Virus record (IMG/VR): IMGVR_UViG_3300043449_002776
Strand: one strand, 5' to 3'
Length of the DNA stretch: 20,840 nucleotides
Source of the DNA: a virus
Taxonomy: Duplodnaviria > Heunggongvirae > Uroviricota > Caudoviricetes
Shown here: in pieces, positions 1-8,183 of the stretch
Layout: each line of letters opens with the position of its first letter
Position numbering within the stretch: the stretch's first letter is position 1
The notes under the pieces: generated by a model
What the model was told of the DNA's origin: nothing
Database searches by the model: none
The model's input: the letters and a program-made list of their open reading frames with translations, nothing else
Position numbers and translations under genes: made by a program

Positions 1-477
1 ATGGTTTTTCCAGAACATGTGCCTGATGTAAATTACATTGGTGTTCGTTTAGAAAAAGAATGGGTAAAGCAAAATCTTAATCAAACTTTAGACCCAGAAT
101 CATGGACTGAAGAACAACGAATTCATGCGTTGCAACCTTCACTTAAGATGTTAGACATAGTCTGCCCTGAAGTTTCAAAATGGGTTAGAAATCAATATGA
201 ACAAAAACTAATCGTGTATCTTTGGACTGATGGTCCAGAAATAGCAAAGTTTGACTTTTTGACTCGAAAATTATTTCTATCAAAAACTTTTTTCAGTTTG
301 AATGAAGGGGAAAAAGTGAAAACTCTCGCTCATGAGTATCGTCATTCAATACAAAATAGAACCAAATTTATGAAACGAGTAATTTACAATATGCTCACTA
401 ATGAGCTTCACGAGGGCATCGTTGAAGATGATGCTGAATTATTTGAATTCAGAGTTCATGTTGCATTGCACGAATAA
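1..477 (+). CDS. Zincin-like (HExxH) putative metallopeptidase, possibly 5'-truncated by the window edge
   Basis: LAHEYRHSIQ motif after a beta-strand-like segment (KLFLSKTFF); downstream VEDDAE may supply the third Zn ligand. The ORF begins at base 1, so the true start is uncertain. Confidence 0.55.
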   Translation: MVFPEHVPDVNYIGVRLEKEWVKQNLNQTLDPESWTEEQRIHALQPSLKMLDIVCPEVSKWVRNQYEQKLIVYLWTDGPEIAKFDFLTRKLFLSKTFFSLNEGEKVKTLAHEYRHSIQNRTKFMKRVIYNMLTNELHEGIVEDDAELFEFRVHVALHE

Positions 478-508
478 TTTGCTAAGATAACCAAGTAGGA
501 GTCTTGCA

Positions 509-970
509 ATGAATGAATCTGTCAATATTTTTTCCGATGACGATTTTAAGGAAGAGAAGTATTTAGAACACACTACAAGAGATGCTAAGGAAATCAAGAA
601 ATCCTTGCGTCTTGAGCAAAACTATCAAGGAATTTGGGTGTGGGCTGTAGTCTCACATAGAGATTTTGAGCTTAATCAAAAGATCGAAATTCCGGCAAAG
701 TTTGGAGTGTCGCTAACGCCAGAAGTACATGACACGGTGAATGATGTAATTTATTTAGAAGGCATTAGTTTTCTTGAGATAGGGTATATTCCTGTTAACT
801 ACCGCCTTATAATCGAGGATGCCGATTTTGACCTCCAGATTCCTCTGCCGCTGGCTGTCATAAAAAAATACATGACACCGGAGCAAAACAAAATTTATCG
901 TAGTTGGAAATCAGCTTTCAAGGGTGCTGATTTCCAATTTCGTTATTTCCAAGTTTTAGATAGCGAATAG
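509..970 (+). CDS. Hypothetical protein
   Basis: 153-aa ORF with an AGGAG Shine-Dalgarno shortly upstream of the ATG, packed between neighbours; no motif recognised. Confidence 0.7.
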   Translation: MNESVNIFSDDDFKEEKYLEHTTRDAKEIKKSLRLEQNYQGIWVWAVVSHRDFELNQKIEIPAKFGVSLTPEVHDTVNDVIYLEGISFLEIGYIPVNYRLIIEDADFDLQIPLPLAVIKKYMTPEQNKIYRSWKSAFKGADFQFRYFQVLDSE

Positions 971-973
971 ATC

Positions 974-1519
974 ATGAGCAAAAAACCAAGAGAAACCCCA
1001 GATCGTGATTCTAAGTATATGGGTCTAGCGTGGATACATGCATCTTTTTCTAAAGACCCAAACACACAAGTTGGGGCACAGATAGTTGGGCCTAATAACA
1101 TGCCTCTGGGTTCTGGCTACAATGGCCCTCCGAGAAGTATGCAAGACAAAGAAGTGATTTGGGATCGCCCACCAAAAGATGATCCTGAAGCTCTTTCTAA
1201 ATATGATTTGATGGTACACGCAGAGATTAACGCTATCGATCACTGTTGGGGTTGTGACCTGTCTAAGTCAACCTTGTACGTCACGGCATTGCCATGTCCT
1301 AAATGCATGTTGGAAATTGTTAGAAAAGATATTGGTAAAATTGTCTATTTTGACTATCAATCAAGCTCGACAAGTAGTCTTCAAAATGAAAAATGGCGTG
1401 CAAAATCTTTGGAGATTGCAAGGCTTGGCCAAATCACCGTTAAGGAATTTGAGGGTTCTTTGGCTTGGTTGCAGGATTGGACTCTGAATCTTAAACAACT
1501 AGGAATTTTTGAAATGTGA
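974..1519 (+). CDS. cd: dCMP deaminase (deoxycytidylate deaminase, ComEB/T4 Cd family)
   Basis: SKDPNTQVGA, GYNG, HAEINAI and PCPKC zinc-binding motifs in canonical order. Confidence 0.9.
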   Translation: MSKKPRETPDRDSKYMGLAWIHASFSKDPNTQVGAQIVGPNNMPLGSGYNGPPRSMQDKEVIWDRPPKDDPEALSKYDLMVHAEINAIDHCWGCDLSKSTLYVTALPCPKCMLEIVRKDIGKIVYFDYQSSSTSSLQNEKWRAKSLEIARLGQITVKEFEGSLAWLQDWTLNLKQLGIFEM

Positions 1520-1529
1520 AGTTGGCTCG

Positions 1530-1536
1530 ATAAATA
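1530..1536 (+). promoter_or_regulatory. T4-like late promoter box ATAAATA, 5 nt before the ATG at 1542
   Basis: GATAAATA-TCTAC-ATG in the short gap before a structural-type gene; resembles T4 TATAAATA; no Shine-Dalgarno present. Confidence 0.55.
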
Positions 1537-1541
1537 TCTAC

Positions 1542-2603
1542 ATGGCACTAAAATATAATCTCAAATATGGTTCTTGTAATTCACAGTCTGGTTGTCTTGA
1601 TACATTGGGCTGTCCTCAGAATGTATGTCCAGACTTTGTAATTAGGCGGCATGATACCCGCCCAGCATTCAAAGTTGCAATCGAAGACTGCGATGGTCCT
1701 ATGGACTTTCGTGGACTAGTCATTGAAGCAAATATGTGGGCAAATGCTAAACTTAAAAAAGATCTCGATGACACAGATGATAATTTTCAGTTGGCCGATA
1801 ACATCGGCTTTAACCAAGTTATGGTTGGAGATATTATTGTTGTCGATCAGGTGCGTTTACCCGAACATATGTTGGTTACTGGATTTGATGAGCACAATAA
1901 ATTTATTCAAGTGCAACGTGGCTATCATGGTACTACAATCGGGTACTATAAAAAAGGAACAAAGTTACGAATTTTCCGCATGTTAAATTCGCAGGCTGTA
2001 GCCGAAATGACATTTGAGGACGTTCAAAATGTTGAAGGTGTGACTGAAAAAGATGTTATTCAAAACTCTTATTTAGTATATGAATGGCAACCATCTGACA
2101 CCTGCTTGCCCGGATGCTATTGGTTAGAATTCAAAGTTCTAAAAATGATTGATGTTGTTTGGTTTCTTCCGGGCGGTCATTGGGTTGGTGAAGTTTTTCA
2201 AAATGCAGATGATTTCTTTTTCACAGGCAGTTCCGAAACAGATTCATCTGTGAAACTATCTTATAATCAAGTTGAAGATAAATATTTTTTACCAACAACA
2301 CCGTGGGATGGAGAAATTCATCTGCACACTGATAACAATTACTACACGGGAATCAGTCACAATGATGGATCTGTGCTTTTGACTAAAAATGGCATTCCTT
2401 CTAATGAAGGTGTTGCCTACAATGAATCGGGAATGTTAACTTTTCATGACATCTCGATTATTCCGAGCTTTACAGATATCAGCCTGACCCCAAGTGACTT
2501 TGGGTGCGTTTTAGGTGAAGGAGTCGAGTGGGTTCGGAGATTTCCTATGACTGGGGAAGGTTTCCTCATCAAGGTTGAGTTTTCACCTACTACAGAGATC
2601 TAA
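1542..2603 (+). CDS. Putative virion structural protein with a split BppU-like (baseplate upper protein N-terminal) Ig-type domain
   Basis: The segments FVIRRHDTRPAFKVAIEDCDGPMD, YEWQPSDTCLPGCYWLEFKV and RRFPMTGEGFLIKV resemble the BppU_N pattern, separated by two inserts. The ATG at 1542 is preferred over the track's TTG at 1509, which lies inside the upstream gene. Confidence 0.6.
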   Translation: MALKYNLKYGSCNSQSGCLDTLGCPQNVCPDFVIRRHDTRPAFKVAIEDCDGPMDFRGLVIEANMWANAKLKKDLDDTDDNFQLADNIGFNQVMVGDIIVVDQVRLPEHMLVTGFDEHNKFIQVQRGYHGTTIGYYKKGTKLRIFRMLNSQAVAEMTFEDVQNVEGVTEKDVIQNSYLVYEWQPSDTCLPGCYWLEFKVLKMIDVVWFLPGGHWVGEVFQNADDFFFTGSSETDSSVKLSYNQVEDKYFLPTTPWDGEIHLHTDNNYYTGISHNDGSVLLTKNGIPSNEGVAYNESGMLTFHDISIIPSFTDISLTPSDFGCVLGEGVEWVRRFPMTGEGFLIKVEFSPTTEI

Positions 2604-2614
2604 TAGGAGCGATT

Positions 2615-4243
2615 ATGCTCGTTTCAAAATTCCTTATCGAAAGACTTGTGAACATAGGAGTTAAACACGTTTTTGGTGTACCCGGCGATTATGTTCTCGA
2701 TTTCTACAAGGAGTTATGGGATGATGAAAAAATCACTGTAGTCAACAATACAGATGAAAATCACTCAGGATTTGCCGCTGATGCTTATGCTCGTGTAAAT
2801 GGTGTCGGGTGCGTTGTATGTACTTATAGCGTTGGGGCGTCTAAGGTAATTAATGCGGTTCAGTGTGCTTATGCTGAAAGATCTCCCTTGATTGTGATCT
2901 CTGGTGCTCCCGGTCTTAATGAGCGAAATGAAGGATTTCTTCTTCATCACATGGTCAGGCATTTTAATTCACAAAAGAAAATGTTTGATGAGATTACTTG
3001 TTATTCAACAGTTTTGGATAATCCTGCTACTGCTGGATATGAGATTGATAGAGCCTTAGAAGCACTTCAGCATTTTAAGCGTCCAATTTACATTGAATTA
3101 CCACGAGACATCGCAAAGCAAAGTATTAGCTATGATGTTTACAAGGTAGGAACCCCTACTGCACCGCCAACTGACTCTGACAATCTTGAAGAAGCAATTA
3201 AAGAGGTAAAGCAATACATTGCTGAAGCTGAAAGACCAGCGATTTTAGCTGGAGTTGAAATTGCACGTTACAAACTTGGGGAAAATATGGTTCGTTTTGC
3301 GGAAAAGAACCAAATTCCAATGGCTACAACTATGCTGGGCAAAAGTGTTGTTAATGAAAAAAGCTCGTTATTCGCTGGCACCTATTTAGGTAATGGCAGT
3401 CAAGAGCACACACGCCGTATTATTGACGAGTCTGATTGTTTGTTAGCTTTTGGCGATTATCACCATGATGTTGCCATGTGCTTTAGACCAGCCAAAATAA
3501 CTAAGAGACAAATAGTTTGGGCTAATGTTGAAGGTCTTAAAATACGCAACCACACCTTTACGGACATTCAATTCACTGATTTTTGCAAAGCACTTTTTAA
3601 ATACGAAGGCACTCCAAAAATCAGACCTGAGCTTCCTCCTGTAGGTCAAGCTCCGCCTTTTGAGCCTAAAGCAGACACTAAGATCACCTCTGATAGACTC
3701 TTTGCTAAAATCGATGCATTTCTTGATAGAAGCATGGCAATTTGTGCCGATATTGGCGATTCTTTGTTTGGAGCAATTGGCCTAACAGTACACCATACTC
3801 ATCACTTCTTAAGCCCTGCTTTTTATACAAGCATGGGGCCTGCAATTCCGTATGCTTTAGGACTTCAAACTCTTTTGCCTCATGTGCGACCAATCGTAAT
3901 TGTCGGCGACGGAGCATTTCAAATGTCTTGCACCGAATTGAGCACGATTGTAAATCGCAACCTCAACCCCATTGTTTTCGTGCTCAATAATGATGGATAT
4001 ACCACTGAGAGATTATTACTCGAAGGAGATTTTAACAATTTGCGTCGGTGGAACTATCATAAGATTAATGAGTTAATAGGTGGCGGCAAAGGTGGGCTAG
4101 TGCAAACTGAGCAAGATTTGGAAGATATCTTAAAGTTAGCTATTGACTCAAAAGAACTATTTGTGATAAATGTTCTCTTAGAGAAACACGACGTTTCTCA
4201 GGGCTTGCGAAGAATGGCAGACGGCCTTTCAAAACGAGTCTAA
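2615..4243 (+). CDS. ipdC: Thiamine-pyrophosphate-dependent alpha-keto-acid decarboxylase (pyruvate/indolepyruvate decarboxylase family); substrate not determinable
   Basis: FGVPGDY, DENHSGFAADAYAR (catalytic Glu), LLHH, and the TPP-binding GDGAFQM...NNDGYTTER; AGGAG SD upstream. Confidence 0.88.
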   Translation: MLVSKFLIERLVNIGVKHVFGVPGDYVLDFYKELWDDEKITVVNNTDENHSGFAADAYARVNGVGCVVCTYSVGASKVINAVQCAYAERSPLIVISGAPGLNERNEGFLLHHMVRHFNSQKKMFDEITCYSTVLDNPATAGYEIDRALEALQHFKRPIYIELPRDIAKQSISYDVYKVGTPTAPPTDSDNLEEAIKEVKQYIAEAERPAILAGVEIARYKLGENMVRFAEKNQIPMATTMLGKSVVNEKSSLFAGTYLGNGSQEHTRRIIDESDCLLAFGDYHHDVAMCFRPAKITKRQIVWANVEGLKIRNHTFTDIQFTDFCKALFKYEGTPKIRPELPPVGQAPPFEPKADTKITSDRLFAKIDAFLDRSMAICADIGDSLFGAIGLTVHHTHHFLSPAFYTSMGPAIPYALGLQTLLPHVRPIVIVGDGAFQMSCTELSTIVNRNLNPIVFVLNNDGYTTERLLLEGDFNNLRRWNYHKINELIGGGKGGLVQTEQDLEDILKLAIDSKELFVINVLLEKHDVSQGLRRMADGLSKRV

Positions 4244-4281
4244 ATTTCAGTTTCTTAAGAAGGAAGGAAAAGCAGCCACCT

Positions 4282-4857
4282 ATGGCTAGGACACAACCGG
4301 ATCATTTTGAGCGTGACGACAGATCCAAAAAGGATTGGGTTAGATCGAATGAACAGATCCGCATCCCTCAAGTTCTTGTGATATTTGATGGGAAAAATCT
4401 TGGAGTAATGTCCAATCGAGATGCTTTGAATTTGGCAAGGCAAAACAATCTTGATTTGGTAGAAGTTTCGCCAAATGTTAGACCTCCTGTTTGTCATATT
4501 ACAAACTATGGCAAATATATGTTTGAGCGTTCTAAGAAACAAAAGGAAGCAAATTCCAAACAACATCAAACAAAGGAAAAAGAAGTTGATTTTCGTTATG
4601 TCATCGGCGATGCCGATCTACAGACCAAAGTCAATCAAATTCGCCGCTTTATCGAAAAAGGCATCAAGGTTAAGTGTGTCTGTCGTTTCAAACAAAGAGA
4701 AAAAGCCCATAAAGATCAAGGCTTTGATGTCCTCAATAGAGTTATTGAGCAAGTTAAGGATGTGGCAGTCGTAGAAAGTCCGCCAAAATTTGAAGGCAGC
4801 AACATCATGTGTAAACTTGATGTTAAAAAAGAAAAGAAAGATCCTAAGCAAGAATGA
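4282..4857 (+). CDS. infC: Translation initiation factor IF-3 (divergent)
   Basis: NEQIR...LDLVEVSPNVRPPVCHITNYGKY N-domain, a Lys-rich linker, and the KEVDFR...DLQTK...RFKQRE...EG C-domain. Confidence 0.93.
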   Translation: MARTQPDHFERDDRSKKDWVRSNEQIRIPQVLVIFDGKNLGVMSNRDALNLARQNNLDLVEVSPNVRPPVCHITNYGKYMFERSKKQKEANSKQHQTKEKEVDFRYVIGDADLQTKVNQIRRFIEKGIKVKCVCRFKQREKAHKDQGFDVLNRVIEQVKDVAVVESPPKFEGSNIMCKLDVKKEKKDPKQE

Positions 4858-6035
4858 TTTCAGCAACTCTGAAGCAGCAACAAGATGCCATTCTTGAAAG
4901 CATCTACGCATCAAAGGACGCCTGTGCAAAAAACTTTGTTTGTACGGGCGTCCTTGATTTTGTGAACAATTTAAATATTCTAGATGCCGAATATGGCTTG
5001 GGGATAATAGGTGAAAAGTTAAAGCTTTTTACTGAACTGATAGATTTGAATCATCCTGATTTAGCTCAACTATTTGATGGCCAATTAATCAGCGAAACAG
5101 AAAAGACTTTTAGTAGAGAGGCTTTGGATTTACTCAAGATTGCATTGTTTATAAAACAGTTTGGGCTTTCTAAAGATGCTCTTACTGTGTTGCGAAGTTC
5201 TATTAAACAACACCCTGAGTATGAGAAAATCTATCGAGCCGTAAATTGTCCTTTAGAAAACCAACTGCATGTACGTTTTGTAAGATCTGGCAAAATGCGT
5301 GAAGTCATTAGGGCATCTAAAAAAAGTCAAGAAATTGATCCGACTTTTTTACACGTCTTTGAAAGAGCAAACAATCTTTGGGATAACTTGCCAAATGATT
5401 TCAGTAATTTTTCTAGAAATCAAAATATGTTTGTCGATGAATTGAAGCAAGCAAAAGATCGAAAGAAGGTATTTGCAGAGCATGGTTTAACATTCATGGC
5501 AAAAGAAATAGATAAAGCAATTGACGAAATCGAAAAACAATCGCAAAAGCAAGTCTATTTTGGATTCAATAAATTGAATCTTTCATTTGTGGCACTTTTA
5601 CTAGCGAAAATGCATGGGTTTGAGCGGTACACTACAAGCTCTCAAAGACACACATACACTAAATCATGTGAAAAATTTGATTTCACTAACGAAAAACAAT
5701 CTCCCATAGAAGTATTACTTAAGGTTTTCCCCTACCATGAACTGCAAGATCGGGCCTCAAATGAAATCAAGTCTTTAATCAATCATTTAGACAATTTTCC
5801 TGCCATCGAAGGCAAGCCTTTGTTTGATCATTATAGGATTGTTGTGTCGGGGTATAATTACCCTACGGAAACCGCCCTTTCTTTCAGATCAATAAATGGG
5901 GGACTGTTAGAATTTACAGACAAGCATGAAGCTCAAAAAACGCTTATTTCTATGTTGCTGACTCATGGTAAATTATTTGGTGTTTTGCTTGGAGAAAGAG
6001 ATGGCGAACACTATTTCATAAGTTATTTTATGTAA
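4854..6035 (+). CDS. Hypothetical protein, predicted largely helical
   Basis: 393-aa ORF whose start overlaps the infC stop (ATGA); no family recognised. Confidence 0.75.
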   Translation: MISATLKQQQDAILESIYASKDACAKNFVCTGVLDFVNNLNILDAEYGLGIIGEKLKLFTELIDLNHPDLAQLFDGQLISETEKTFSREALDLLKIALFIKQFGLSKDALTVLRSSIKQHPEYEKIYRAVNCPLENQLHVRFVRSGKMREVIRASKKSQEIDPTFLHVFERANNLWDNLPNDFSNFSRNQNMFVDELKQAKDRKKVFAEHGLTFMAKEIDKAIDEIEKQSQKQVYFGFNKLNLSFVALLLAKMHGFERYTTSSQRHTYTKSCEKFDFTNEKQSPIEVLLKVFPYHELQDRASNEIKSLINHLDNFPAIEGKPLFDHYRIVVSGYNYPTETALSFRSINGGLLEFTDKHEAQKTLISMLLTHGKLFGVLLGERDGEHYFISYFM

Positions 6036-6074
6036 CAATACTAATTTAGATCACACTGGTTTTTTGAGGAAAAA

Positions 6075-6491
6075 ATGGACATTGACAGCAAAAATTTTAT
6101 ATCTGTAAGCAAAGAAGAACTTATCGCCGCATTGACAGAAACATATGAAGCTGGCTGGTATGGAAGTTTGGAATTAAAAGACAGTGCAGTCGCACTTGTT
6201 GTCAATAAGCTTTTCGAAAAAAGACAGAATTGCATCAACTTGTCGGAAAACTTACATACATTACTGCCATTGCCGGAAAACTTCCATACTTTACTTCCAA
6301 GACATGAGCCAGTAGATGTACTGCGGATTCAAGGCGTCAACGAGCAGCCAAACTTACAAGTGCAACCTTCCTTATCAGATGTTGTGATGACATTTAGCTC
6401 TGTAGCGAGCTATGGGTCAGTCGAAACATATGGCCAGAATTCATTTATTACACCTTCAATCATTATAAACAATAACGATCAAACATCATGA
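6075..6491 (+). CDS. Hypothetical protein
   Basis: 138-aa ORF with a GAGGA SD; its stop overlaps the epimerase start (ATGA). Confidence 0.65.
   Translation: MDIDSKNFISVSKEELIAALTETYEAGWYGSLELKDSAVALVVNKLFEKRQNCINLSENLHTLLPLPENFHTLLPRHEPVDVLRIQGVNEQPNLQVQPSLSDVVMTFSSVASYGSVETYGQNSFITPSIIINNNDQTS
6240..6299 (+). repeat. Two 30-bp in-frame tandem copies (26/30 identical) encoding LSENLHTLLP / LPENFHTLLP
   Basis: ttgtcggaaaacttacatacattactgcca followed directly by ttgccggaaaacttccatactttacttcca. Confidence 0.85.
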
Positions 6492-7336
6492 AATATTTAG
6501 TGACAGGCGGAGCAGGCTTTATTGGTTCAAATTTAGTTGACGCACTGATTGAACAAGGCCATCAAGTAGAAATTTGGGATGCGTTAAAAACTGGCAAAGA
6601 AGAAAACATAAATCCTAAAGCGACATTTAATCGACTTTATGTTGATTTGATAGACATAGAGCTTTATAAAGGCCAGAGATACGATGCTATTTTTCACTTG
6701 GCGGCTGAAGCAAGAATTCAGCCAAGTTTTGAAAGGCCAAAAGAGACACACCATTCAAATGTCACTGCAACTTTAAACGTGCTTCATTTAGCAAAAGAAA
6801 TTGGTTCTAAAGTTGTATTCGCTGGTTCAAGTTCGGTTTATCATGACAATTATGCCAATCCATATTCGTTCACCAAAAAAATTGGCGAGGAATATTGCAC
6901 TATGTTTAACAAAGTGTATGGCGTTCCAGTTGCCATAGCTAGATTTTTCAATGTATACGGTCCCAGACAATTGGAAACAGGAGCGTATGCCACTGTGATC
7001 GGTATTTTTGAAAAACAGTATAGAAGCAAAGAGCCATTAACGATTACTGGTGATGGCGAGCAAAGAAGAGACTTTACACATGTTAGTGACATTGTTGCTG
7101 GTCTTATTGCAATGTCTAAAGAAGATTATAAGGCTGACATTTTTAACCTCGGTACAGGCACAAATCATTCTATCAATGAACTTGCTAAAATGTTTAAACA
7201 TGAATATGTGTATATCCCGAAAAGACGAGGCGAAGCTGAAACCACTTTGGCAGACATTAATTTTTCTAAGAGAGAGCTTGGATACCAACCAAAAGTTAAA
7301 CTGGAAGATTACATTGACTCTATAGTCTGTAAGTGA
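6488..7336 (+). CDS. NAD-dependent NDP-sugar epimerase/dehydratase (extended SDR, GalE-like)
   Basis: VTGGAGFIGS Rossmann motif, FHLAA, catalytic YSFTK (YxxxK), RFFNVYGPRQ, GDGEQRRDFTHVSD. Confidence 0.92.
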   Translation: MKYLVTGGAGFIGSNLVDALIEQGHQVEIWDALKTGKEENINPKATFNRLYVDLIDIELYKGQRYDAIFHLAAEARIQPSFERPKETHHSNVTATLNVLHLAKEIGSKVVFAGSSSVYHDNYANPYSFTKKIGEEYCTMFNKVYGVPVAIARFFNVYGPRQLETGAYATVIGIFEKQYRSKEPLTITGDGEQRRDFTHVSDIVAGLIAMSKEDYKADIFNLGTGTNHSINELAKMFKHEYVYIPKRRGEAETTLADINFSKRELGYQPKVKLEDYIDSIVCK

Positions 7337-7343
7337 GGTAGAA

Positions 7344-7586
7344 TTGCACCAATTTGTAATAAGGAATTTGGAAGATTATTCGATTTTACTTTGGTTTGCA
7401 GATAACACTTCTGTAAATCTGAATCCGGGTCAATATTTTTTGTATTGCGGGAACGAATTTGACCATCCCACTGTCGAGTCGCTTGCCATGAATGGTTCTT
7501 TGCATATCGAAAAAGTACATATACCAATAAACTTACACGGTGCAAATGAAGTAATCGAAGCCAATTGGCAAAAAGAAGGTTTTTGA
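7344..7586 (+). CDS. Small hypothetical protein
   Basis: 80-aa ORF with a TTG start after a GAGGT SD, exactly filling the gap between the epimerase and GNAT genes; its stop abuts the next ATG. Confidence 0.55.
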   Translation: MHQFVIRNLEDYSILLWFADNTSVNLNPGQYFLYCGNEFDHPTVESLAMNGSLHIEKVHIPINLHGANEVIEANWQKEGF

Positions 7587-8183
7587 ATGTACAATCACAA
7601 AAATGGCGTTTTGTTAAGGAAGGTACAGAAGAGTGACCTCAAAGATTTGCTTGCTCTTAAAAAAGAAAGTTGGTGGGGCACGCATTCTACTCTTGTTTTG
7701 AATGATGACGATCAAGAAAAATGGTACAATTCCATTCCGTCTAATCAGTTATTTTTAATAGGTGAAGTGAATTCCCCGATTGGGGTTGCTGTATACACTG
7801 ATATTGATTTCATAAATAGAAATTTGAAAATCTCTGGGTCTATGTATAAAGAATTTCGCAATGAATTGTCATATCAAGGATTCTGTGCTGGTCTTGATTT
7901 TGCTTTTGAAATATTGAATATGCATCGCATAGAAGCAGAGGTTCTTGAATACCATGTAGCTGCTCAAAAGTTAGAAGTCAATTTACTAGGGATGAAGATA
8001 GAAGGCCGACGACGAAAAGCTGTTTATAAATGCGGAAAGTACTACGATTCTATTATTCTGGGATTGTTGCGAAATGAATGGGAGCAACAAGAACGTGTAA
8101 AGTCTTTTTGCGGTAGTTGCAATCAAAACTTTGATTGTGAGAGATTCGAAAAAATACTTAATCGTTTGAAGCATTCATTGTAG
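7587..8183 (+). CDS. GNAT N-acetyltransferase, RimJ/RimL/PseH-like
   Basis: LLRKVQKSDL start, IGVAVYTDIDFINR, AFEILNMHRIEAEV, MKIEGRRRKAVYKCGKYYDSIILGLLRNEW: the typical RimL/PseH pattern. Confidence 0.82.
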   Translation: MYNHKNGVLLRKVQKSDLKDLLALKKESWWGTHSTLVLNDDDQEKWYNSIPSNQLFLIGEVNSPIGVAVYTDIDFINRNLKISGSMYKEFRNELSYQGFCAGLDFAFEILNMHRIEAEVLEYHVAAQKLEVNLLGMKIEGRRRKAVYKCGKYYDSIILGLLRNEWEQQERVKSFCGSCNQNFDCERFEKILNRLKHSL

